From the NCBI GenBank assembly GCA_001643675.2, contig LSRY02000004.1, positions 1 through 64,000 of the forward strand: 64,000 bases of DNA. The letters are read 5' to 3'. Source of the stretch: Monocercomonoides exilis PA203 (taxonomy: Eukaryota > Protista > Preaxostyla). A program made the position numbers and the translations under genes. Positions 45,164 to 59,056 of this stretch are shown here, piece by piece; position 1 is the stretch's first letter; every line of letters begins with the position of its first letter. The notes under the pieces were generated by a model. That model was given only the letters and a program-made list of their open reading frames with translations, was not told where the DNA came from and did not search any database.

Positions 45164-46882
45164 TAAAGTTAAAAATATTGAATTTTAAATAAAAAAACAT
45201 AATATCGAGTATTTAAATTTCAAAATGAATAAAAGTTAATAATATTTAATAAGTTATCACACTTCCGTGATGCCAATTTCTTCACCTTTTTGTTTCGAGC
45301 AAAAGTGAAAGTGATTAAGTGAACAATCGAAATTAAGCAACAAAAAATAAAATATTTTTAATAAAGATTGATAAAAACAAATAAACTACATAAACAAACA
45401 CACAAGCAGCAGAATTTATCAATATTTGAAAGCTATATGTGGAGAAACAGAAAAACGCAGATGAAATCAATGATCTCACCCATTATTTTTTTATTTTTAA
45501 CATTTTTAAAACTGAACATGACAGACGAAGTTTCGCCAAATAAGAATAATTGTAAAATAATTAGTAATAGTGAGCTTTTCATTTACTATTTGAATTTTTG
45601 CTCAACTCGTCTGTCAACTAGATTATATCTCGCCCCTTTTTTTTTTTGTTTCATGGATTGCATTCAGAAACAATATCTATTATATTTTGTTTTGTTATTT
45701 TCTCCATTTTCAATAGATTAAGAATAATAATAAATTCTTCTTAATGACTTGTTCTTTTTGGGAAGAAGCAAATTTAAAAATTACAAACGAAAAAAATTTT
45801 TTGTATTTTTTGGAAAATGTTTGTTCACATCCACGAAACATTTAAAAAACGGATGATGCGAATTGAGAATGCTACCATTTTAATTCTGATGGAGTTTCGT
45901 GAGTGGAAACAGTAATTTAATCAAGATTTGCTTTTTTTTATTTCATTTGAATATTTCACATTTGCGTCTTTTCAAAATGAATAACATATTTGATTCATGC
46001 TTGTTCCGTTTTATGACAAATACATTTTTAACCCGATCCACGCAGTTTCAATTTTATTTGTGAGGCAGTCTGTTATTTCAATTTTAATTTCTTTGCTTTT
46101 GTCAAGTGTTTCGTGATCAAATTTAAGCATTAGCAACTTTTAGTGTGATTTCCAACTGGCTGATTGAATGATTGCGTTCAGTTTTTTGGTTTTCGATAAA
46201 TAATTCCATACAGTTTTTGAATCTCTTTTTCAAACAGGTATTATGAAGGATTTGTTTTCCAACAATTTTTTCTCTTTTATGTCCAAACTTTATTCACAAT
46301 AACTTCTGTTTCCTTTTCAAATGAAAATCAATATTTTATATTAACAAATAATTTGTATTCCAATTCACCAAATTTCTTTTACGTAGACTGATAATATTGT
46401 CAACCATTTCCATCCATTCGAGAAAAGTTTATTGAGCGGGAATAGGAAATTTATCAAAATAAAAATCATTTATTTAATTTGAATTTGACAAAAGAGAATT
46501 GTCAAAAAAAAAAAAAAAAATGGATATTTCCATATATAAATAATTGATGTTATTCAGATTTCTGATTGATTGATCAAACAAAAAATTTTTTTACTGCGTT
46601 TTCTGGTCGAAAATTAAAAGAGGAACCTTTGCTTTGACAATTGAAAAATGTTAAAACTGTAAAAAACAAATATCCAATTTGAAAAGACATATTTTTTAGA
46701 AAAATAAAAGAAAACAAAGTTCTTTTTTATTGTTAGTCAAATAGAAAAAATATTCGATGTGAATAATTTGTGTTTGAATTTCATTCGAAACATTTTTATT
46801 GCCATAATAATTAAGTTTTGCTTCCTTTTTATTAAAATAAGTTTTTAGTTTTATTTTATTGAAATTATACATTAACATAAGA

Positions 46883-48628
46883 ATGATGCAAAGCAATGAA
46901 CCGAATATCGAAGATTCGACATGTCAAATTTCTACATTAAGTTGTCTATCTGACGATAAATACATTATGACATTTACTCGAAGATGGTACATTCTAATCA
47001 TATATTCTCTGAATGCTTTTATGTCTTCAGCAGAATTTTCTTTCTACAGTGCAGTTCCGCAATCTATTCAAGACTATTACTCTGAGGCTGGAATCACAAT
47101 GAATCACATAAACATGTGCCTTTCATTATGTTTGATCTTATTTATTTTGCAATGAAAAATTTAACGAACCTAAATTTTCTTGTGTTTATTTTTTATTTCT
47201 TTTGCTTCTTTCACATCTATTTTGATAGCGGGGTTTTTTGCGATCGCATTTTTAATTATCACGCAATACTTAGATTATAAATTCTCAAATTTGCGCGCAT
47301 TAACTCTACTTTCATCGTGGTGCCTTATTATATCATGCATCATACGACTTCTTCCCAGCTGGATTCCTGGATTGATGCCAAATGCGTTTGCATTTATGGC
47401 AATTGGATTGGCGATCAACCAAATAGGTTCATCATTTTCATTTCCAACATCATCACTTTTAAGTGCCACATGGTTCGGATCTTCTGAACGTTTGTTTACG
47501 ACCACTTTTGCTGCAGGTGCAAGTCAGATTGGTTTTGCACTTGGTTTTCTTCTCTTTCCGTTTATTGTCAATGCTCCTCACGTTGTTGGAGTTGTTCTTC
47601 ATTTCCTTTTAGCGATGCAAGGCTGCTGTACAATTGCACTAACAATATATTTTCCGTCGAGACCTCCTCAACCTCCATCTATTTCTGAAATGCTCAAACT
47701 AGAACAAAGAAAAACGAAGAATGACAAAAAGCAAAGTGAAAGTGTTTTAAAGAGAACAAATTGCCGAACTGAACTAAATTTTGAAACACTAATTTCAGAA
47801 TCAAATGACAGATCATGCTCTTCATCATCAAATGAAAGAATTAATGGTGATTATCAAAGTGCAAACACTCCGCCACCTTCCAAGAAAAAGTGTTGTTCAG
47901 ATAAAGCATTGAAAACAATACAATCACTTTGTCAACCGTCGTTCATCTTTCTATGTGCGGCCTATGCATTTGAGAGCGCATCTTCACAAGCGTTTGCTGG
48001 GAACATCACATATTTTTACACAGTTATGGGATACAAAGAATCTGTTGGTGGAATATTTGCATTTGCCAATTCTGTGGCAATGGTCGCTGGATCTTTTATT
48101 TTGTCGACAGTTGCTGGAAAATGCATTCGATCCAAAGAGAAACTTCTTTTATGCGTTACATTTGTAGCAACAGCATTAATTGCGCTCTTTTTTGTCTTTG
48201 TACTCCCAATTCAGCCTTCAGCGCATTCTGGAAGTGACCCAATGACAGATATCGGTCCTCCTCTGCTCCATGTTCCTTTGTGGATTCTTTCGTTGTGTTT
48301 TGTGGTGATTGGGATTGTTGGTGGATCTCCGGTTGGATTGTGCTTAGAAATAGGAGCTGAATTGACCTTCCCATCGTCAGAAGCAGCTTCTGCATGCATC
48401 ATGACAATAGCAAACAATGCTATTTACACAATAATAATGTTCATTTTCAGCAAGGCAGGTACAAACTGGATGACAACTGTGGCGCTATGTGGATGTGTCT
48501 GTGGATTATTGTGCTTACTGTTAACTCGAATAACAAGAAAGAGACAAAATGCAGAATCATTGTCTCAAAATGATTCTTTACATGAGAAACATGATACAAA
48601 CAAATACCAAGTTGAAATTTCAGCTTGA
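46883..48628 (+). CDS. MFS transporter, FLVCR/SLC49-like, one intron (47130-47228)
   Basis: RRWYILIIYSL start of TM1, LSATWFGSSERLFTT, FPSRPPQPPS, EIGAELTFP and about 12 hydrophobic segments. Confidence 0.85.
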
Positions 48629-49247
48629 ATATTATGTTTAGATGCTCCTATTTGGAGTTATGTTGAATATGCATTAGCAACAATCTGTAGAATGAATTTG
48701 AAGAGTGATTTTTTGTTTTTCTTTGCATAAAAAATTTGAGTATTCAGTTTATTTTCTATTGTTAGTTCTATATTTAAATTATTCAATGTTATGTGTAATT
48801 TCAAATGAAGAAAATAAATTATTTTTATTTCACAACAATGCAATAATACTTATAAATATTTAATGGGCAATGAAACGTATTAGTATGATTGCTAATAAGC
48901 AAAGTCCAAAACATCATATTAATCAAGACAAATGCAAAAAGCGACACCGGAAAATATAAATTTAATTCATAGTTCTTCCACAATACGGAACAGATAAAAA
49001 ATCAAGAAATAAATAAATGCAATCTGATTACAACAAAATTGATATGTATCAGAATCAATAAATGGAAAACGAATTATTTTGAATTATCGTGATATTACTT
49101 AAAAGATCTTCTTTTTTTATCCAAACATTCAATCAAATAGCTGCAGTTCGACGGGAAAAACATCTAAATCAATTGATGTTAATTGCTCTAAACCTTCACA
49201 TTTTACAATGAATGAATGATTTTTGCTGATATTGCAACTCAATCAAT

Positions 49248-51329
49248 TCATTCAAGAACAAAAGCATATTGCATTCCATACGATACAAAATCCCTCACGA
49301 TTTTGTGTTCAATCTGATGTTTAATAACATCATCTTCTGAATCATCAGATATAATTTCTATAACAAATTTCTTCTCTGTCGAATCAAAAGCCTCATCCAT
49401 ATTATCATTCACTTCTTGCATTGTTTGCTTTTCATAATTCACGCACATCAGCCGGCCATCCGCTAATAGAATGTTAATTGTGGACACTTTGGGAAGAATA
49501 AGTCTTTTGATATCTTTTGCACATATTGCATATTCTTGCTCTTCTGTTATTTCGTCCGTATAAGGCTGCTGTACTCCGATTTGTGACTCAACAGTTTGAG
49601 AAGAAGCAGTCCGAGTTGACAATTGTTGCAAATGGTGAGATGATCCTGATGAAGAACGCGTGCAATGCATTTTGCTGACAGTTCCAGAGATATTCGTGAC
49701 ATCCCCATGCGATATGCTTTCTCGTGAAACAAGTGACACTTGCCGCAGGCAGAAGTCAGCAACTGGCATGCAAAGCACCTTCTCAATTGTGGGAAGACCT
49801 CTTATGCCTCGCACAATAACGATTCTTCCTCGATCAGTTAGAAAAGCGTCTAAAACATGATGCGCCATCATCACAACGGATTCTCCGTGGAAGAATCGTC
49901 CACGATCGAGTGGTGTGTAAAAGATGTTAGGAGTCTTTGAATCTTCTTCAAAACACTTCACAATTGGTACTCCATCGCTCGTTAAGAACGCATCCATCCG
50001 AGAAATATATTGCGCAGGCTTGTGAGTTCCAAATATTCCATACTGGCCATAACGCCCACAAGGAATGATAGGAATTACCATTGAACTGTAAGATGTGCTA
50101 GAAGAACCAAAGGAAAGTTGCATTTGAGGAGAACTTGATTCAAAAGTCGTCGCCCCATCTAAGGCCATTCTTTTATTAAACTTTGCCTCTTCTTCTTTTT
50201 CCATTGCGCGCTTCCTGTATTCATCTTCTTCACCAAGAAGCTCCTTCACAAATCTCGGGCCAAATAATCGACTATTTGTAATTTCTATTAGACCATTTGT
50301 GCTTAATTTCTTTGATTTTGAAGTTGTAACAGTGCTATTGTCTTCTACGCCTTGCAAAGGGTCAGTGAAAGGTCCTGCTGAACCTTGATACGGAATAAAC
50401 TCAGTTAGTGATCCAAATACAAATACTGCTCCATTTTCAAGAATGATAAATGAACGATTTGCTTCAATGAAAAAATCTTTTATCCTACTTTTCCCCAATG
50501 AACTATTAATCATTCCATGTTCATCAGCTTCCCAACATTGATGCCTCACAAAACGATCATCATCAATGACTCCACCTTTCTCAGTTATTCCTCTTGTCCA
50601 AAGATCGCCTTGTCGAGATAAAGCAAACATAAGGCAACCGTAAGACTTCACTTTTATAAAACGTTCTTCGGCTGGTGGAAGTGTCAAATGCTTGTAATAT
50701 GCTTGTAAAGCATCCACTTCTTGCTCAAGTCTCGGCTTGTGGAATGAAAAAGGAACTTTGTGCATAAAGCCAAGTCCATCAACATACACAAAGCAAATAC
50801 CAAAACAACAGCTTTCAGATCCTGTGACAACATTCTTTAAAGCCATTGCCGTACTGATTACAGTTTTTGCAAGAGGATTCGTTTCAGAAAAATTTCTTTT
50901 GATATCAAAAAGAAAGCAGTTATAATAAACATGATTCTCCTGCACAGGTGGTTGTAATACAGAAGCCACATAAGGAAGTCGTTCAAAAACTAAAATTTGT
51001 GATCCAAGCGATGAACTAAGCGCTTTAAAACAAGAAACATTTTTTTAAAATTTTGGAAAAATAATGTTCAAAATAAAATCAATAATGTAATAAACCTGTT
51101 GAAACTGCCCACTCAAAATGCTTGTGCTTAATAATACTTTTTGTGCGTCTATTCAAAGCGAGAAACTACAAAACACAAATTTTTTGTTGAACATCAAAAG
51201 TCAGCAAACATTTTGAATATCCTTCAATGTTGGTAAATTAGAGATGATTTCCAAAAGAAGATCGATTTCAAGTGTAGTCAAATCAACATGTAACTGCGCG
51301 GTACTGCAGTGTGAAGTCATTTTTTGCAT
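49248..51329 (-). CDS. Putative F-box-like + RCC1/beta-propeller-like protein, spliced
   Basis: 573-codon main ORF with RCC1-like strands (FALSRQGDLWTRG, FIILENGAVFVFG, AFLTDRGRIV). Upstream exon from ATG 51329 encodes LTTLEIDLLLEIISNLPTLKDIQN before a GTTTGC donor. Domain calls are by eye. Confidence 0.6.
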
Positions 51330-51567
51330 CTTTAAATAAAAAAAATATCAAAGAAATGGATTTGATCAGAAAATTACTTAAAAAAAGATTTTTTTCAAAT
51401 TTCGCAAAGAAATAAATTGTTGCAGTATGCATCAGCATTCCATTTACAATTTCATAATGATTATGAGGCTTTCAAAATGATAACATGATGGATGAATTCT
51501 GTTGTGTTTTCGAAAAAATTGGATACCCAACATAAAATTTGCATTAGAATGTTTTTATAAAATAATT

Positions 51568-54500
51568 ATGAATAACAATATATCTGGTAAATTGATACAG
51601 AAGGTTAAATATCCCTTTAATGCGCAATATTTTCATTTAATTTTCATGATTGAAGATTGTCCATGGATTCCAGGATAGAATAGCAAATCTAGAAACGCAA
51701 GTTTTATTATATCAGGCGCAAATAGATGCTCTTTCCACAAAAAACAAAGAAGCAGATGAAAAAGTGTCACAGCTTGAAATTCTCAATAAGTATGTACTCT
51801 TTTAAACTCTTTTTATTTTTTCAATATACATTTTAAATTTTCAATAAGAGCTTTGAAAGAACATCTTGCTCAATTTGAAGTTAATGATTCCATAAAACAT
51901 AAAATACACGAGGCGCATTCACTGCTTCGAGAGGACTTGGATGTTAATTTTGATCAGATAAACGAAAAGACTTCTGCAATGCCATCGCAATTGAATGCCG
52001 AGCAAGAATTTTCTTCAAAAAGCAAACATCCTGTAATGAGTCGTTTAACAAGCATTCAGCCACCAATGTCTCTCTTCGCAAGCGTTGTTATCCCTAGAGT
52101 GTGGAAGCATTCACAAATACAAATAAGATCTGAAGTGTATTTGATGCTAGAAGTTTCAAATTTCCTGATTTCACTTGATTCAAATTTTGAACCTTCCATA
52201 AAAAGGTTTAGAAGTTATAAAAAATCAAAATTATGTAAAACTGATGCATGCCTTGATGATAGTTTACACAGTTTGAATTACAGTTGGAATAAGCAGCTTG
52301 AAAAGTTATGCAATCAAGCGATTTCAGAAAGTAAGGAAAAATTGTCTATGGCAAATGAGGACATCGAATCAAAAATACGTGATAAACAAGAGCAAAGAAA
52401 AAGAAAAAAAGCAGAAAGAGAGTCAAACTTTAGTATTTTTAGTGATCTTGAAGAAATGGACTTTGAAGAACTTGCAGAGGTATTTGAACTGCCTGCTTCA
52501 GAACATCAGAATGAAGATTTCCAGTCGGCCGCTTCAAATTCATTGAATGCAAAAACATTGCGACAGTGTTCAACACATCTGCTTCCTTCTGATCAGATGG
52601 CATTGGCCGAATTGCCATTTCATTCTTCAATGATGGTACATTTGTCAGATTATCTGCCTTCAATATTCCCGAAATCTGCTTTCGAAGATCGCGATTTTTT
52701 CTTCGTATTTTATTTGTCTTTGTTTGCTGCGCTTTCAGTTGGAGTAGCTGCGAAACTGGCAAGCATCATTTCGCCATTTCTGTTGCATCAGCCTGAAGAG
52801 ATTTCAGAAGAAGCAGAAAATGATTGCCCAAATGAGAAAACAAAAAGGAGATGTTTTTATGAAGAATCTTTCAGCAACACTGAAAGCTTGGATGAGGAAA
52901 ACAAAGAAGATGAAATAGACGAGGATGTCAAAAGTGACAGCGATGAAGATGATCTTGAAGGAGACGACAGATTGAAAGATGCACAGGAAAATTTCTCACG
53001 AAAGTTCCTGAAGCTTTGCTCCATCCAACAACAAAAGCATCAAAATAGCACTTTATTAAAGACAGATGTTCTTTTAAACAGCAACGAACAGCTGTTTCTT
53101 TCAAAGATGCCATCGATTCCTCGTTCATTGAGTGAGTTTTTTGCGAAGTTCCCTTTTTCTGCATATGTTGAATCACAATTGCTTTCTAGCTGTGGTGTGT
53201 ATTTTTCTTTATCTGTTAATTTTATATTCGTTTCACATTTGACTTATATTCTTTGGATTTTTTTTTTTTTTTGACTTTTTTTTATAAGAAAAACCAAAAA
53301 GTTGCGATGCTTCTGTGACTGATCAAACGAATTGTGCTTCCGTAAGATTCACTTCGCCTCTGCTCTTCTTCTCATTTCTTGTTTCGTCTCTTCGTTTTCC
53401 TTTTGTCATTGATTCTCTCACTCGCCACTCTGCCACGTACATCAAGCGCATCGCAGAGATGTTGGGAATAGATTCAGTTTCTGTGCAACTCATGTCAGAT
53501 GTCCATTCTGACACGTCTATTTCTTCTTCTCTTAATGGAGCATTGTCTTCTTCTTCTGCAATTTCTGCTGACTGCTCCTCTTCAAACAGATTTACTTCGT
53601 CTTCTAAGTCAACATCTTCCGATGGTAACCTTTGCAATTGGTGTGTTGTTGTGGAATCTCCGCTTTCTTCCACTTCTTTCGATTTTTTACCTTCAAAATT
53701 GAAAGAAAGTCAGTTTTTTTGTTCTTATTCAGATTACTCCACAGTTAACACTCAACCAAACATTTCTCCATCCATTCAAGTTGAATCATCAGAAGACAAA
53801 TATTCTTTTTCATCTTCATCTTTTCCATTGACTTCTTCTCATCCTTCAAATCTTTCAAATCTTTCTAATTCTCAATCACATTATGAAAAGCACAAGTTTC
53901 TTGAGCAATGCATCGGCTGGCTGAGTTCAATGACTTTCCGGTCATCTCAGAACACATTCACCAATCTCATAAACAGAGACACCGCTCCTCTGTCTGCTAT
54001 GCTTCTCTTCCGCAGCACTTGCACCAAACTTCTATTTGACATTCACAGTGACGACATCTGGATGCATTCTCTCAGAAAAGAAGAGAGAGAAGCGAAGAGG
54101 AAACAAAGGCAAGCAGAACTGGAAAACGAGTCAATGGATCAATCTCTTCCTTCTGCTGCATCTGCTGACACATCCACTTCAATTGGCATTTCACACCAAC
54201 AAAGTCAAAACGAAGACGAGATCATTCTCTTCAGAGAGTCAACTTGCCCTTTAATTACATCAAAACTTTCCTCGCCATCTCATCATGCATCGGAACCACA
54301 TCATCATTTACCTCCTCCTCCATCTCTTCCTTTCCACCTTCTTCCTCCACCACCTCCTTCTTCCACCATTTCACATCAAAAGCATCTTATACAACCACCA
54401 CCACCACCTCCTCCTCCTCCTCCTCTTCCTAATCAACCTCCTTGTCCAAAATTCGAGTCTTCACATAATATAAACGAAAAGACAAACGCAGTTCAAATCA

Positions 54501-56185
54501 TACCTCGAAAATCTGTACTTTCTTCTCCATTTTCTACGGAAATATTAGAAGATTCTTTGTCAAACACATCATGTTTGCCTCCTGTTTTCACGAATGAAAC
54601 GTTGCCAGCAATTTCTCATCCTCTCGCTAAATCTGAAGAATTGCCTGATTTTTTGCCCATTCCGTCTGTCAAACAGCTGAGCACTGCCAATTCTTTGTTG
54701 CAGCAGAGATATCTCGAGCACAGACAAGATCTCGAGCTGCATCCTCCCTTCTTTCCTGTTCAGTTGGCGCGCCGTCTGACAAATCTGTCTTTTGTTGAGT
54801 GGAATTCGATGCGCGAAAAGGAACGGCTCCTTTTGCTGAACACGCGCAGACTCTGCCATCTCATTTCACCCCTCACAAAAGCAGACGACAGAACATTGAA
54901 AGAAAAATCATTGGACATTTCAGCAGATGCACCACAGAATGTTTCTGAGGGCAGCTCCATCTGTTCAGACTGCCTTTGCTCTCCTGCAGAGATCAGACGC
55001 AACAAACAATCGCTTTTTTATCCGATTTCGTGCGAATCGCATCTTCGCCCGATTGATGTCACTGCAGCAGACACGGCTGCGATGCAGCATATTCTGAAGA
55101 GCAGGAAAGATGCCTCCAAAACAAAAGGACATTCTGTGATGGAATTGAATGAGATTGATGTTGATAATGAAGATGGCTTGCGGCACATGCATCAAGGAGA
55201 GGAAGGGAAAGAAGTTCAACAAATTTCTGCTTTTGATGCTTTGGATCTGTCTGATGATGACAAACAAATCCAAATAAAGCGGAAATTATCAACATCTGAT
55301 TGCAGAAATCAATCGAGCGAATACGGAAAGGAAATGAACTTGCATCAAAATGAATTCTTTGATCAAAATATGACTGCAATTGATGGAGAGACAGAAAAAA
55401 CATCTGAGCCTGCTCCTGATTACATACCTATTGATTGCAGTGAAAGTGCTATTGACAGTGTAGTTATTGAAGGAGAAGATGTTGCTGAAGATAAACCGAA
55501 GATTGTTGAAGAAGAACTGGACCCAGCAACAGCAACACTCTGTCAAAAGATGGCTCAGGCTGAATGTGGACTTAGAGCAACGACTTTTTCTGAAAGAGAG
55601 CTGTTGCCTGCCTCCTCTACGTCACACAACCAGAGTTGTTCTTCTTCATCACTTCAGCTGGAATCCACGAGCACAATTGCCAATCCGTTTCCGCTTCTTT
55701 CTCTTTCTCTTTCTTTCTATCTTTCTCTGTTTTCAATCGCAGAATCACTTCTTTCATTTCGAGACACGATTATTGCACAGCTTCTGGAAGAAGCAACACA
55801 ACAAAGAGATGAGCTGGCATCGGAAATTGTGTCAAATCATGCTGGCACGCGCACAGTCGACAAGACAAACAGCAGCAGAAGAGAAGTCGAAGGGAAAGGT
55901 GTGTTTGGCGAATGGGAATCTGAAAAGCCTCAACCAACAAGGGCACAGGCAAAAGAGGAGTGGGGCATTTTCGGAAATAGTAAGAGTGAAAGCGAGCACA
56001 CTGCAAGTGAAGATGAAGAAGATGAAGAAGATGAAAATGAAGGCAATTACGATGGGGCCAATGAAGATCTCGTTGAAACCGATGAAGATGTTATATTAAT
56101 TGATAAAAAATGTGAAGAAGAAGAAGATGATGATATAATTTTATTAAAGCCTTATTTTTCTGAAAAAGATCCATATTGGGGATAA
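51568..56185 (+). CDS. Large multi-exon hypothetical protein (N-terminal coiled coil, Ser-rich, poly-Pro, acidic tail)
   Basis: Small exons from ATG 51568, then ORFs 51853-53274 and 53315-56185 separated by a T-rich GT-AG intron (~53195-53288). No family recognised. Confidence 0.7.
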
Positions 56186-56750
56186 TCTTTTTCTTTAAAT
56201 CCATTAAATAGAGTATTTATATTTTTGTATCATTTCCCCCCTGTTTTTTGTTGAATCTTAGGCAGAAAGAATAATTCTTGTTTTTTAAAATTTCGAATGC
56301 ATAAAACTAAATGCCGATGAAGACCAAAAAAGGAAACATACTACTTTTTTTTATTCGAGAAAAACACTGTGCATCATTTGATTCAACCTTTATTTTGAAA
56401 ATTTGTCAATTGTTTTCGATTTTCATTGGAAATAACAATTCGGATAATTAATTTGATATTTGTTTTCAAGGGTTCTTGGCTCAATTTCTTTTCAAATCCA
56501 TCATTCCGAGCTTCATGTTTGATGATCCTTTTGGTTTTTGAAGAGTATCGAATTGTTGAAACCCAGTTTTTCCAACGATCAAGATTTCCATTATGTAATA
56601 CTTCAGTTTTTGTTCTTTTATTTTTTGTGAGACATCAATGGAGTTTAAGAGTCCAAAACAAAAAGTCTGAACCTAACTTCGTTATATTTTCTGCAATTTC
56701 TTTTATTGATCTATGTTTGCTTCATTTCTAGACAAGGTTTTTAATTATTA

Positions 56751-58255
56751 GGGCAGATTTCCTTGTTTCAATGAGCGAAGAGGATGGATCCGAAGAGAGA
56801 ATCGAAGATGGTTATGTGCTTGGAGAATGTTCAACCATCAAAGAGTGTGGACACTTCACTCCTGAAATTGGAGAAAGGATTTTAAAAGAATGTGGAGATG
56901 ATCTTACTATAATAGGAAAAGATGATACAAAATCTTCGAGGTTGACAATTCCAAAATTGAAGGCCGTAATTTTGCCAGGATTTGTGAAAGCCCATGGCCA
57001 CGATCATGAGTCTTCAATTATTGGCATCTGCAAGGATATGCCTTTGGTTGATTGGCTTGATGGGGCAATAAATCCTTTTACGAGATTTTTATCAGAAAGG
57101 CAAGAAGAATTAAAGGAAAGACTGATACGAACGCCTAATTTGATTGCATATAGAAAAGCGAGAGCGGATGACGTTTATTATGGAATAACCACTGCATTGA
57201 CTCATCACTGTAATTTCAATAAATACTACGTTCATGAACTTGTTGATGCAAACATTGAAGCAGGAACAAAAATGATTGTTGCAGTTGGTTCTCAAGATAG
57301 AAATTATGATCCTCGAGTTTTAGATCAACCCGTTGAATTGGCGACGCAAAGATTAGATAAGTATTATGAACAATTCAAAGATGCACCGCGCACTTGGATA
57401 ATACCAGGACCAGATCAAGTGTTTTCTAATGGACCAGAAATATTAAAACAACAGAAGGAATGGGCCAATAAACATGGCACGCTCATCCATATCCACTCTG
57501 CCGAAGAATACGGAACAACACAATGGTTCAGAGAGAAGTATAAGATGACAGAAGTTGAATATCTGGAATCGATTGGCTTTCTCAGCCCTGAGACAATGCT
57601 GGCGCATCAGGTTCATTCAACAGAGCACGATTTGGAACTAATTGCAAAGTACAAAGTGAAAGTTGTCCACAACCCATTGGCAAACACTATTTTGGGATCT
57701 GGAATGCCAGATATCGTGAAAATGAGGGCGATGGGTATTGACGTTGCGATTTCAACAGACGGAAGCGGTTCTGCAGACAATCAGAATATTTTAGCAGCAG
57801 CAAGACTGGCATCACAATACCAGAGAGGACTTCACCACGATGCGAAGCGTGTGCCTGCTATTGATGCGCTGAAGATGATAACTTCAATCCCAGGGAAAAT
57901 ACTTCGGCTGAAAGTCGGTCAGGTGCGACCAGGTTATGACATGGATCTTGCTGTGGTTGACTTGACGCGTCCGAATCTGATTCCTTCGTCGAAGAGGAAT
58001 GTTGTGGAGAATCTGATTTGGGCATCAGATGGCTCAGAAGTTGGATGGGTGGTTGCCAATGGTGTGGTGCTGAAAGAGAACCACAAGCTGACACAAGTGA
58101 ACATTGGGGAGATTTGCTCAGACATCTCGCAGCTGCAGGAGATGTTCTTGGAATTTTTGGCAACAGCTAAAATTATGAAAGCGACTGGAGAGCGAGTTGA
58201 TGCAAATGACGATGAAGACGAAAAGCCTTCTGAAAGCTCAACAAAAACTGATTAA
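56751..58255 (+). CDS. Metal-dependent amidohydrolase (MTA/SAH deaminase / guanine deaminase-like); 5' exon(s) probably upstream
   Basis: ILPGFVKAHGH (HxH), IHIHSAE, LAHQVH, VVHNPLAN, ISTDGSGS and GQVRPGYDMDL. An acceptor ttattag precedes in-frame ADFLVSMSEE. Confidence 0.88.
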
Positions 58256-59056
58256 TTTCACGAGCATGTTGTTCGCTCCTGTCTGAGCATTTAGCTTGCG
58301 ACGCGTTGAAAATTTTGTAATAGAATAGCCTTTAATGACGGCTATTGAATAAAACTTGAAAATGTTGCAAAGATACAAACAAATCTTTGGTTTTTTTTTT
58401 CATATCTTAATTTTAACACATTCATGAATATTCAATTATTCTTTCTGAGTGTCAATTTTCTTATTATTTATTTTTACAATCTACATTCAGCGCTTCTATC
58501 GCTTCCATATTTTTAAAACAACAGGATTTCGCGCTCTTTTAATGTTTATTCGTGTATTTATTTCCTTTTCTTTTGTAGCATTTCATTTGAAATATGATGT
58601 GGGACTTTAACCACAATTTTTTTTGACCGTAACATTTTCGCGAATGAACAAGTGAAAGATGCCACTTTGCTTTTAAAAAGAACAATAACATTCGACTTAA
58701 AACTGCAAAAATTACAGAGATGTGCCAAGAAAACTGAGAAACATAAAATGATACAAAACATATTTAATTCTCATCCTGAAAGAAACCTATCACAGAAAAT
58801 AACGTGACAACTGAATCAAAGAGTTGCATGAAAAGTGTAAAAACATATCATATCTGATAACACAGATGCCATTTGCCATATCTTCAAAGGCAGTAACATC
58901 TGCCGCAACAACTTCTTCACTTTTCAGTTAAAACAGATTGTAAAAAGAAAGCACTGTTCAAATAATTAACGTTATAACAGTAAACTTCTGATGATTGAAA
59001 AGTGGTTGCAATGCAATTGTAATTCTTTGCTTCAATAGACAAAATTGTCGTTTCAT

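Larger units (their letters stand above)
35812..45634 (-). mobile_element. Merlin (IS1595/ISXO2-related) DNA transposon with 1,286-bp TIRs and 8-bp TSD
   Basis: Both ends start 5'-GGCGAGATATAATCTAGTTGACAGACGAG. CCTTTTTT is duplicated at 35804-35811 and 45635-45642. Left TIR = 35812-36011 + 41634-42719; right TIR = 44349-45634. Central DDE transposase. GG termini and 8-9 bp TSDs are Merlin hallmarks. Confidence 0.92.

Noticed and set aside
41634-45434. Inverted duplication as a fold-back read or assembly artefact
   Set aside because: The arms end at GG termini with an exact 8-bp TSD, enclose a unique transposase, and differ by a substitution and a TSD-bounded insertion.
54300-54440. Formin FH1/FH2 call from the poly-proline tract
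   Set aside because: No FH2 motifs are recognisable downstream; poly-Pro alone is not diagnostic.
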